Below, piece after piece: positions 1 to 6,991 of a DNA stretch of 43,139 bases. Each line of letters starts with the position of its first letter. Within the stretch, counting starts at the first letter, position 1. A program made the position numbers and the translations under genes. The notes below the pieces were generated by a model that was given only the letters and a program-made list of their open reading frames with translations, made no database searches and was not told the DNA's origin. This DNA is from a virus, in IMG/VR virus record IMGVR_UViG_3300045993_000388, positions 1-43,139 of that record. The stretch is one strand, 5' to 3'.

Positions 1-127
1 CAATCCATTTAACCTTTGGATTAGTTAGATTAGATGCCTTTCATATAGCTAAGTATGTTTTGATATTCTTAGTTATTGGATTTGGTCTATCATGTTATAT
101 TCATGGGCTAACTTATGGGTATTGGGA
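1..127. repeat. Terminal redundancy: exact copy of nt 43013-43139 (circular closure or assembly overlap)
   Basis: Read base by base: the first 127 nt (caatccatttaacc...gggtattggga) are identical to the last 127 nt of the window. Confidence 0.9.
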
Positions 128-197
128 TATAGCAATATACCTAGTTATTTGGGGTATATTTTTTGAAGGAAGTTGGAGATTATTTTATAAACCATAA
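1..197 (+). CDS. 3' part of a wrap-around small membrane protein gene (5' part at 42892-43139)
   Basis: The frame entering at nt 3 stays open to TAA 195-197 and continues the ORF that starts at ATG 42892. The joined product is about 105 aa with hydrophobic segments FILFALVALA, YVLIFLVIGFGL and IAIYLVIWGIFF. Confidence 0.5.
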   Translation, partial: IHLTFGLVRLDAFHIAKYVLIFLVIGFGLSCYIHGLTYGYWDIAIYLVIWGIFFEGSWRLFYKP

Positions 198-208
198 AAA
201 AACAAAAA

Positions 209-457
209 ATGAAGAAAGTAATCATTGGTATTTTAGTTTTAATTACATTGAACGTAAATGCACAAAAAGTAACAGACACAATTTTGATCAAAATTGATAC
301 TACAACTTACAAAAGAATAGTATCGATGATTCGTGAGAATATACCTGTAACAACAGAGAGTGGGAAAGTTATTTTTGCAAATATTATTTCACCGCTGCAG
401 AATTTTACTTTTCTTCAACCTGCAGATAAACCTAAAGATATATCAAAACAAAAATAA
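209..457 (+). CDS. Small secreted protein, unknown function
   Basis: 82-aa ORF with the N-terminal signal-like sequence MKKVIIGILVLITLNVNAQ and an A-rich leader. Confidence 0.5.
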   Translation: MKKVIIGILVLITLNVNAQKVTDTILIKIDTTTYKRIVSMIRENIPVTTESGKVIFANIISPLQNFTFLQPADKPKDISKQK

Positions 458-491
458 TTTATCATACTAACCAATACTAATACTAAAAGAA

Positions 492-740
492 ATGGGAATC
501 AATGAATCAAAAGAAAGGAGATATGCTTCAATAGTTGAAGTAATAGGCATAGGAATACTTATTATAGGCTCAATCTTAATGTTTTGGAAAACTACAGACA
601 TAAGATTGTCGGCTTTAGAAATAAGAATGAATGAAAAGGAAAAGACTGATCAAGCGATAAGCGATAAGCTTGACAAGTTGCAAGATGGTATTAACGACGT
701 TAGATTAACATTAAAAGACAAACAGGATCGTAAACAATAA
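492..740 (+). CDS. Small N-terminally membrane-anchored coiled-coil protein
   Basis: 82 aa. One TM segment (IVEVIGIGILIIGSILMFW) is followed by a charged heptad-like tail (LSALEIRMNEKEKTDQAISDKLDKLQDGINDVRLTLKDK). Confidence 0.5.
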   Translation: MGINESKERRYASIVEVIGIGILIIGSILMFWKTTDIRLSALEIRMNEKEKTDQAISDKLDKLQDGINDVRLTLKDKQDRKQ

Positions 741-753
741 TAAATAAAATAAA

Positions 754-1164
754 ATGGCATCATTTAACAAATTCCAAGCCTTTGTTGCGGATATAGCAAA
801 CAAAGTTCATAATTTAGGTTCTGATCAGTTAATGGTTGCGCTTAGCAATACGGCACCTGTGGCTACAAATACATTGCTTACAAACATTACTGAGATAACT
901 TATACATTTCTAAGTACTCGCGTAATAACGTTGACAAGCTCAACACAGTCGGCAGGATTGTATAAGCTAATACTAACCAACCTTGTATTGACAAGTACTG
1001 GTGGTGCTACTGGACCTCTTAGGTACATAGTATTGTACAATAATACTGCAGCAAGTAAGAATTTAATCGGCTGGTATGATTATGGTAGTTCAATTACCTT
1101 GGCCGACGGTGAAACATTAACAATATCATTTGATGCAACTAATGGTGTAATATCATTAACATAA
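754..1164 (+). CDS. Hypothetical protein (late operon, possibly virion-associated)
   Basis: 136-aa ORF, tightly packed with its neighbours. No motif recognised. Confidence 0.5.
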   Translation: MASFNKFQAFVADIANKVHNLGSDQLMVALSNTAPVATNTLLTNITEITYTFLSTRVITLTSSTQSAGLYKLILTNLVLTSTGGATGPLRYIVLYNNTAASKNLIGWYDYGSSITLADGETLTISFDATNGVISLT

Positions 1165-1168
1165 TATT

Positions 1169-1981
1169 ATGGCAATAACAACTTTGGACGGGGTCATTGC
1201 CGGAGCGCAATGGCCACGTTATTTTGCAAAAGCAATCACTCCGACATTAGTTGCCGGAAAGCCACAGTCATTGTGGGGATTAGGGGGCAACCCTGGTGCG
1301 GGTGCATTTGACACTACCTTGGCGGGTGTTGCCCTTTCAAGTACGTCGGCAAACGTTAACGGACAGATAAACTTTGTGGATCCGGTAAGTGGTAACAGCT
1401 ATTTAGCAAGGTTACAGGCTGCGGCAACCATTGGCGGCACACTTCTTTTGTGCGATCGTTTGTGGCATAACGGTGGTTTTACTATCACAGCAGCTACATC
1501 GCAAACGGTGACTTCGGCTGCTTTTCCTGCAAGGGATATTAATGGGTCTACAAACGGGGATGGTGTATTGTTGGGGTTGGAAGTATCTGCAGCATGTGGT
1601 GCAGCTGCCCCAACCATTACAATTGGTTATACTAACTCAGGCGGTACAGCTTCGCATACTGCAACAAACAGCTTTGCAACGGCGAACAGTCCTGCAGCGG
1701 GTTCGTTCTTCCCTATTGGTTTACAGGCTGGGGATATAGGGGTGCGTTCTGTTCAAAACCTTACACTTTCCGTTTCTTGGGTTTCAGGTACGATCAACCT
1801 TGTGGCATATCGTGTATTGGCGGCATTAGAACTTCTAAACAACGCAACGCCAAATGCAATCGATGCCGTGACAAGTGGATTCCCAAGAATGTTTAATGGT
1901 TCCGTTCCTTTTTTAATTTTCATTCCAAATACAACCACGGCTTCCAATGTTAGTGGACAGATAGTTTGGACACAAGGATAG
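1169..1981 (+). CDS. Hypothetical protein (late operon, possibly tail or receptor-binding accessory)
   Basis: 270-aa Gly/Ala/Thr-rich ORF in the late block. No catalytic motif recognised. Confidence 0.55.
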   Translation: MAITTLDGVIAGAQWPRYFAKAITPTLVAGKPQSLWGLGGNPGAGAFDTTLAGVALSSTSANVNGQINFVDPVSGNSYLARLQAAATIGGTLLLCDRLWHNGGFTITAATSQTVTSAAFPARDINGSTNGDGVLLGLEVSAACGAAAPTITIGYTNSGGTASHTATNSFATANSPAAGSFFPIGLQAGDIGVRSVQNLTLSVSWVSGTINLVAYRVLAALELLNNATPNAIDAVTSGFPRMFNGSVPFLIFIPNTTTASNVSGQIVWTQG

Positions 1982-1984
1982 TAA

Positions 1985-2950
1985 ATGCTTGATTTATTAA
2001 ATAGGGTAACCATTGGTTTCGGGTTCCGCGCTAAAGCAAAAGGCGCTCGCGGTTCAATGTTGCCCAGGAAGGAAATCGAGTTCTTTGACAGAGACATTGC
2101 GGATGGGGATATTTGGCGCAAGTGGATGTTCGATGCACCGGTTCAGGATGCGGACGTTGGCACATTTGTATTAACGGGGAATAATTTAACCCCAACGATA
2201 CAAAGATCATTGCCATTGGCAAACGGGGCATTCACTTTAACGGGGAATATTGAGACGGTAACGCATGGGTATGTTATGTCCGCAGCAGTTGCAGCGTTCA
2301 CTTTACTTGGCGGAAACGTAACAATAACCCAGGGGCATAAACTTCCGGCATCGGTTGGCGCCTTTACCATTTCGGCAGGGGCGGCCACGATCGCGCATGG
2401 AAATAAGGCGACGACAACGGTTGGAACTTTCAACTTTACCGGGAACAATTCCACGTTAACTTATGCGCCTTTAACAAAGACGTTAAGCGCGGCAACAGGA
2501 ACGTTTGCATTAACGGGCAACGCGGCAGCAATACGGGCAGGACGGACGACATCCCTGGCGAATGGATCCTTTGCGCTTTCGGGCGGCACGACGGGGCTTA
2601 GATTCGGCCATAAGACAACAGTAACGACGGGCGTGTTTTCTATGACCGGCAATGCGGCAACCTTAACGAAGGGTGGCGGTGGGCTTCATTTTTACACCAT
2701 CAATGTTACGGTTGGTTCATTTTTTCTTTCGGGATATGATATAGGCATTATTTATCTAAGTTCAGTTACGAAATACAAATTTGTTGTTTCCATGCAATCG
2801 ATGCTGTCGGCAACCGTGGGGACGCAATCGGTACAGGCAAACGCAGTTGTAACACCAGGCATTTATCAACCGTCCGTAACAATGCAATCAATCCAATCGG
2901 CAACGGTTGGAACACCACAAATTTTTAACGCATCAATTTATATTTTATGA
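1985..2950 (+). CDS. Repeat (solenoid-like) structural protein with nine ~22-aa G-x-F-x-L-T-G-N repeats
   Basis: 321 aa. Repeat units begin at aa 59, 81, 103, 125, 147, 172, 194, 216 and 244 (GTFVLTGN, GAFTLTGN, AAFTLLGG, GAFTISAG, GTFNFTGN, GTFALTGN, GSFALSGG, GVFSMTGN, GSFFLSGY). Confidence 0.6.
   Translation: MLDLLNRVTIGFGFRAKAKGARGSMLPRKEIEFFDRDIADGDIWRKWMFDAPVQDADVGTFVLTGNNLTPTIQRSLPLANGAFTLTGNIETVTHGYVMSAAVAAFTLLGGNVTITQGHKLPASVGAFTISAGAATIAHGNKATTTVGTFNFTGNNSTLTYAPLTKTLSAATGTFALTGNAAAIRAGRTTSLANGSFALSGGTTGLRFGHKTTVTTGVFSMTGNAATLTKGGGGLHFYTINVTVGSFFLSGYDIGIIYLSSVTKYKFVVSMQSMLSATVGTQSVQANAVVTPGIYQPSVTMQSIQSATVGTPQIFNASIYIL
2159..2744 (+). repeat. Coding tandem repeat, about 66-nt (22-codon) period, nine units
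   Basis: Spacing between unit starts is 22, 22, 22, 22, 25, 22, 22 and 28 aa, counted from the translated ORF. Confidence 0.7.
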
Positions 2951-3213
2951 TCTTCCAAGGCACAACCATTCAAATACAACTTACTTCGACCGATTCTTTA
3001 ACCGGGGCGACGACAGCAAATATTCTGTATGTAAAACCTAATGGTTCATTTGGGATGTGGAGCGGAACGATCACAGGGAATGTTATTTCATATACAACCG
3101 CCATTGGAGATTTGGACGTTGTGGGCGATTGGCAGCTGCAGGGCGAAGTGTTCAAAGGAACAGCGCGCTTGCTAACATCGCAGGTCGTAATGACCGTCGG
3201 AAAAGGGATTTAA
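2947..3213 (+). CDS. Small beta-rich hypothetical protein (possible Ig-like or fibre accessory)
   Basis: 88-aa ORF whose start overlaps the upstream stop (ATGA). Thr/Gly/Val-rich. Confidence 0.45.
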   Translation: MIFQGTTIQIQLTSTDSLTGATTANILYVKPNGSFGMWSGTITGNVISYTTAIGDLDVVGDWQLQGEVFKGTARLLTSQVVMTVGKGI

Positions 3214-3244
3214 TCAATAATTATAAACAACAAAGCAAACAAAC

Positions 3245-3514
3245 ATGAAAAAAGTTAAAATCGTTTTAACTGCCCTGTTACTGGTTATTATGTATTCAGT
3301 GACTTTCGCGCAGGATTCAACCTTAGTTCACACGATCCAATCAGGGATCCCAATCTTAGAAGGCAAGTGGCCTTTTGCCGCACAGATTGTTGGATGGTGC
3401 TTGATTCTTTCGGAAGTAATGTCTTTAATTCCTGATAAGTATGTTCCTGCAAACGGGATCGCACATACTATTTGGATATTTTTTAAGGCAGTATTTGCCC
3501 CGAAGAAGCCTTAA
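3245..3514 (+). CDS. Putative holin (small multi-TM membrane protein)
   Basis: 89 aa with three hydrophobic segments (IVLTALLLVIMYSVTFA, FAAQIVGWCLILSEVMSLI, IAHTIWIFFKAVFA). It lies directly upstream of the spanin-like and lysin-like genes. Confidence 0.4.
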   Translation: MKKVKIVLTALLLVIMYSVTFAQDSTLVHTIQSGIPILEGKWPFAAQIVGWCLILSEVMSLIPDKYVPANGIAHTIWIFFKAVFAPKKP

Positions 3515-3521
3515 TTTAAAA

Positions 3522-3551
3522 AGCAATGCATCGTAAATAAGGTGCATTGCT
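3522..3551 (+). other. Perfect 9-bp stem hairpin between the holin-like and spanin-like genes
   Basis: agcaatgca (3522-3530) pairs with tgcattgct (3543-3551) across a 12-nt loop. No T-run follows. Confidence 0.35.
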
Positions 3552-3569
3552 ACTTACAAAAACAACGAA

Positions 3570-4097
3570 ATGAAAACAACAATATTATTATCCATTGTAT
3601 TGATCATCATTTGGGCATGTAACCCAGCCAGGAAGATCGAGAAAGCGGAACAGTTAGTTCGGACGACAACGCCATCTTTCAATAAGATAGGTCAGGAATG
3701 GAACGCGCTGCATCCGTGTGCTAATGATACCTTCCATAAATCTGCACCTGATACAATAATTGCACCCGGCGACACAGTGTGGCATTACAATTGGGTTACA
3801 GACACCATTCACCACCACGATACTTTAACAATTACAAAAACAGTGTATAAAAACATTGTTTTACGAGATACGGCCTTTATTAATGACAAACAACTTTTGA
3901 AAATTGATGTGGATAGCATCGCGCAATTAAACCGCGAAAAAGCTGCAGCCAATCAAAACATTGTGGACTTAACCACGATGTATCAAAAAAATGATAAAGA
4001 AATAAGCAAATGGATTTGGTACTTTATAGGCGCATGCGTTGTAATTGCCGGTACGAATGCCTTTTGGCTTTATTCAAAATTTAAACTTCCTATATGA
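3570..4097 (+). CDS. Candidate unimolecular spanin (N-terminal lipoprotein signal plus C-terminal TM)
   Basis: 175 aa. Signal with Cys (LLSIVLIIIWAC/N), a central coiled-coil-like stretch (IAQLNREKAAANQNIVDLTTMYQK) and a C-terminal TM (WIWYFIGACVVIAGTNAFWLY). Its stop overlaps the lysin-like gene start. Confidence 0.4.
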   Translation: MKTTILLSIVLIIIWACNPARKIEKAEQLVRTTTPSFNKIGQEWNALHPCANDTFHKSAPDTIIAPGDTVWHYNWVTDTIHHHDTLTITKTVYKNIVLRDTAFINDKQLLKIDVDSIAQLNREKAAANQNIVDLTTMYQKNDKEISKWIWYFIGACVVIAGTNAFWLYSKFKLPI

Positions 4098-4630
4098 GTA
4101 TAAAAAACTTTTATCCGCAGTTCCCTGAAATACCTTACAAGCAAACGTCCGTGGATATGCCGACCGTGGTTTTCTTTGCAAAATCATTGATCAGTAAATA
4201 TCCTATTGAAGTTGTAAGAATGGGATATGTGATATTTCGCAATGAATCTGCCAACGGCAAATCAGGGGTGAATAACAATTACATTGGCCTGCAGGCAGAC
4301 AACGCCGAATGGACGGGTCTTGATCTTAGCAACGTAATTGGCACATCCGTTAAAACTGACGGTGCAGGAGATACCAGGCGATTTATTTGTTTTAATGCGG
4401 ACGGCTATAAAACCAGCTTTGATTTTTTATGCCACAAGGTGCAACAACGTGGGATGTTTAGAGATACGACCACACCCCAGGGGATCCCTTACCCAGCACT
4501 TAAATTGATCGCGACACCGCTTTATGAATTATATGAACAAAAGTGGGTGGCTAATCCGAAGGAAAATACCGAAGAAGCAAAGGATAATTTTATAAGCCTT
4601 TATAGTTCATCAATAAAAGTCATTCAATGA
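4094..4630 (+). CDS. Putative endolysin, glucosaminidase (GH73)-like peptidoglycan hydrolase
   Basis: 178 aa. The pattern RNESANGKSG..NNNYIGLQA..W.G...F.CF....SF.DF resembles the E...G..NNLFGIK...W...F..Y.s..eSf.Dy core of the glucosaminidase family. It sits in the lysis cluster. Confidence 0.5.
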   Translation: MSIKNFYPQFPEIPYKQTSVDMPTVVFFAKSLISKYPIEVVRMGYVIFRNESANGKSGVNNNYIGLQADNAEWTGLDLSNVIGTSVKTDGAGDTRRFICFNADGYKTSFDFLCHKVQQRGMFRDTTTPQGIPYPALKLIATPLYELYEQKWVANPKENTEEAKDNFISLYSSSIKVIQ

Positions 4631-5211
4631 AAAAAATATTAGAAGCAAGCGGATGGGTATTAATATTGATACTTTTATCCAATTCTTTAGAAGCCCAGCA
4701 ACAAATCGTTAAGTACCCCGGTTACACGTCGTATTGGAATCCAAAAACTCTAATTCCGGACAGTGTGATATATGTAGCCAAACCGCACGCGAAGGATGCG
4801 GAAAGATCGGCGACGTTCCATGCCACCGGCGGACGCATCAATGAAAACAGGGATTACCACGCATCGGGGTATGATCAGGGGCATTTATGCAATGCCAGCG
4901 ACGAGAACGGAAATAAAACCGACGAGTTCAATTCATTCGATCAAGCAAATATATTCCCACAACGTCCAAACCTTAACCGCCTAACCTGGTTAGCCCTGGA
5001 AAACTATGTGCGCGAATTGGCCGTTAAATTCGGCAGCGTGCGCGTTAAAATAGGATGGCACGGCATTGATGGGTATATGGGGAAGGATAAGGTGACGATC
5101 CCTTTATATTGCGACAAAGAGATATGGTACAATGGCAAAAGTGAAATCTATTCGATGCCCAATAAGGATACGGTGAATAAACACACCTTCGATTATTACT
5201 TGGTGCATTAA
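4627..5211 (+). CDS. Secreted DNA/RNA non-specific endonuclease (beta-beta-alpha-Me, NucA/Serratia nuclease family)
   Basis: 194 aa. Signal-like N-terminus MKKILEASGWVLILILLSNSLEAQ. DRGH-type active-site motif as YDQGHLCNASDE, followed by ANIFPQRPNLNRLTWLALE (N..PQ...lN...W..lE). Confidence 0.8.
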   Translation: MKKILEASGWVLILILLSNSLEAQQQIVKYPGYTSYWNPKTLIPDSVIYVAKPHAKDAERSATFHATGGRINENRDYHASGYDQGHLCNASDENGNKTDEFNSFDQANIFPQRPNLNRLTWLALENYVRELAVKFGSVRVKIGWHGIDGYMGKDKVTIPLYCDKEIWYNGKSEIYSMPNKDTVNKHTFDYYLVH

Positions 5212-5241
5212 TCGCTGTTTTCAATACAGTTGTTTTGTTAG

Positions 5242-5271
5242 GCCTGCCGTTTCTACGGTGGGCAATTTTTT
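5242..5271 (+). terminator. Rho-independent terminator closing the late operon
   Basis: 9-bp stem gcctgccgt/acggtgggc (two G-U pairs), loop ttct, then aa plus T6. Confidence 0.6.
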
Positions 5272-5303
5272 GTCCACATTAAAATTAGCTTAAAATCGGG
5301 GTG

Positions 5304-5327
5304 GTACAAACATTTGTACTAAGTTTG
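5304..5327 (+). promoter_or_regulatory. Promoter/operator-like element: palindrome GTACAAACATTTGTAC plus TAAGTTTG
   Basis: Near-perfect 16-bp palindrome (5304-5319) overlapping the recurrent TTTGTACTA motif. It is followed by TAAGTTTG, which matches the Bacteroidota -7 consensus TAnnTTTG. Confidence 0.4.
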
Positions 5328-5344
5328 TGCCAAATGAACCAATT

Positions 5345-5491
5345 ATGGAAGAGAACACCATGTTTACAATTGCCTTATTGATTATATATGGCATTGTTTT
5401 GGTTGCCGCCGGTTTCAGGATCCGCCGCAGGCAGCTGAAGGATGAAGAAATAGAAGTGTCTGATATCACAATCGAAGATTTAATAAATTAG
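5345..5491 (+). CDS. Small membrane protein (first early gene; alternative start 5360)
   Basis: Hand-translated: MEENTMFTIALLIIYGIVLVAAGFRIRRRQLKDEEIEVSDITIEDLIN. Below the 60-aa cutoff of the ORF track. Confidence 0.35.
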   Translation: MEENTMFTIALLIIYGIVLVAAGFRIRRRQLKDEEIEVSDITIEDLIN

Positions 5492-5492
5492 T

Positions 5493-5693
5493 ATGACCAA
5501 GGATGATTTTTTTGCCCTAATCAGGGCTGGCAAATTTTTTGATCGTATAGAGCCAGGTGTGCCACGGTTTTACCATAAGATGCGGGGCATCGATGGGAAT
5601 GGGCATCCTTTGGACTTCACTCCGGAAGAAAAGCAGGCAATGAAGGATGAAGCCAAGAAATTAGCCAAGGAACTGCAAAAAGTAAAGTTTTAG
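5493..5693 (+). CDS. Hypothetical early protein
   Basis: 66-aa ORF, tightly packed. No motif recognised. Confidence 0.45.
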   Translation: MTKDDFFALIRAGKFFDRIEPGVPRFYHKMRGIDGNGHPLDFTPEEKQAMKDEAKKLAKELQKVKF

Positions 5694-5695
5694 CG

Positions 5696-5899
5696 ATGAA
5701 AATATACAAGATCAACGATAAAATCCGCTTTATTTGGGACGCACCCATGTATGATATGCCTGGTTTTTCAATCCGTTTCTTCTCCTTCTACTTTGCGTGG
5801 TCTTTTAAGGGACAGGTGGCTTGGTGGTGCGGGAAGTTTACATTAAGTATTTTTAATTGGAAATACTGCCCGAAACTAGGGTGGGAAAAAATGAACTAA
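5696..5899 (+). CDS. Hypothetical early protein (Trp/Phe-rich)
   Basis: 67-aa ORF starting 3 nt after the upstream gene. Confidence 0.45.
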   Translation: MKIYKINDKIRFIWDAPMYDMPGFSIRFFSFYFAWSFKGQVAWWCGKFTLSIFNWKYCPKLGWEKMN

Positions 5900-5901
5900 C
5901 T

Positions 5902-6147
5902 ATGAACGAATGGATAACAATGCCCGAAGCCCAGGTCATATTAAATAGATCAAAGAAATGGGTTAAAACCAGGATGGTGGCCTTTGTAATACATCCAATG
6001 AACGCCGATTGGTTCCTTGTGAAAAACTTTGATTGGATAACAATGGAAAATAGTTATATTTTTAACAAAGCAAGTATTGAACGCCTAAAATCCGAAATGA
6101 TCAGGATGGGGGCGGCAGAAAAAAGTGATTTTGGAACTTTCTCATAG
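5902..6147 (+). CDS. Putative helix-turn-helix DNA-binding protein (excisionase/AlpA-like HTH)
   Basis: The internal ATG at 5902 avoids overlap with the upstream gene. N-terminus MNEWITMPEAQVILNRSKKWVKTRM resembles small phage HTH_17-type regulators. Confidence 0.4.
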   Translation: MNEWITMPEAQVILNRSKKWVKTRMVAFVIHPMNADWFLVKNFDWITMENSYIFNKASIERLKSEMIRMGAAEKSDFGTFS

Positions 6148-6173
6148 ATGCAATCGTTAGTAAAAAAGCAAGC

Positions 6174-6202
6174 GGCCGGGGTTTCCACCCTGGCCTTTTT
6201 TT
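6174..6202 (+). terminator. Rho-independent terminator
   Basis: Stem ggccgggg/ccctggcc (one G-U pair), loop tttcca, then T7. Confidence 0.6.
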
Positions 6203-6246
6203 GTCCCACCTTAAAATAACCTTAAAAATAATTTATTTATTCACAA

Positions 6247-6270
6247 GTACAATTGTTTGTACTAAATTGC
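6247..6270 (+). promoter_or_regulatory. Promoter/operator-like element (GTACAATTGTTTGTAC plus TAAATTGC)
   Basis: Second copy of the palindrome and TTTGTACTA motif. The flanks are similar to those at 5272-5327. Confidence 0.35.
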
Positions 6271-6289
6271 ACCTATAAACGAACCAAAT

Positions 6290-6553
6290 ATGCCACGTCC
6301 AATCACAACTGCGGTACACTTTACAAACGATTACGGCAAGAAGATTTCTGCCACAATTAGCCGGGATAAATACGGCGAGTTATCGGTTAAAAACCTTACA
6401 ATAAACGATCGCGGTTTCAATACCAAGTACATTTGCACAGAATGGCGCGAAAGGGTAATAATAGAATATTGCCAACAGTTTGTTGATTTAGAAGAACTAT
6501 TCGCAGACGAACTGTATGAACGCGAAACCCACCACAACGTTGATAATTACTAA
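6290..6553 (+). CDS. Hypothetical early protein
   Basis: 87-aa ORF downstream of the promoter-like motif. Confidence 0.5.
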   Translation: MPRPITTAVHFTNDYGKKISATISRDKYGELSVKNLTINDRGFNTKYICTEWRERVIIEYCQQFVDLEELFADELYERETHHNVDNY

Positions 6554-6570
6554 CCATAAATTTTACTTCG

Positions 6571-6867
6571 ATGAAAACTAGAATTCATTTTGCAGCCCAT
6601 GAGAAATGTATCGCCATATTGGAAATGATACATGAAGTCACCCTTCGCGCTGAACAGGTGCGCAGCAACCTTTACCATTACGACAACAGCCCCAACCCTT
6701 ACCATCCCGTTAAGTTGATGAACACTAGGGAACAATTGGTTACTAAACAGGCGCATCTTCGCGTATTGAAAACCCGCCTGGTTTCATACTACGATAAGAC
6801 TTTAATGAAAATGATGCCCGATGTATTGGATCGCGAATTGAAAAGCATCTTCAATTTATCCTTATGA
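6571..6867 (+). CDS. Hypothetical early protein
   Basis: 98-aa ORF. Confidence 0.5.
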   Translation: MKTRIHFAAHEKCIAILEMIHEVTLRAEQVRSNLYHYDNSPNPYHPVKLMNTREQLVTKQAHLRVLKTRLVSYYDKTLMKMMPDVLDRELKSIFNLSL

Positions 6868-6974
6868 CCTACAACAGCAAACATCCCGACGACCTTGATA
6901 AACCAACGGTCAATCGGGAAACAATCAAATACCTGGCCTTCTTGGCCTTCCTTCTTTGGCTATTTTTTTACTAA
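6864..6974 (+). CDS. Possible small C-terminally anchored membrane protein
   Basis: Hand-translated 36 aa: MTYNSKHPDDLDKPTVNRETIKYLAFLAFLLWLFFY. ATGA overlap with the upstream stop. Confidence 0.3.
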   Translation: MTYNSKHPDDLDKPTVNRETIKYLAFLAFLLWLFFY

Positions 6975-6991
6975 CAAATAAATAAAATCAA

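Noticed and set aside
1542-1739. Alternative-frame + strand ORFs nested in longer genes (1542-1739, 3057-3248, 4796-4984, 14103-14396, 15841-16032, 16066-16338, 23960-24145, 25362-25673, 31332-31520, 31701-31883, 32396-32584, 38420-38680)
   Set aside because: They are fully embedded in longer ORFs with recognisable motifs or consistent composition. Their products are Arg/Cys/His-rich out-of-frame artefacts.
3901-3925. DnaA boxes (TTATCCACA / TGTGGATAA) as targets of the DnaA-domain protein
   Set aside because: Only isolated near-matches inside coding sequence were seen by eye (e.g. tgtggatag around 3908 and ttatccaat around 4675). There is no intergenic cluster, so this needs a computational scan.
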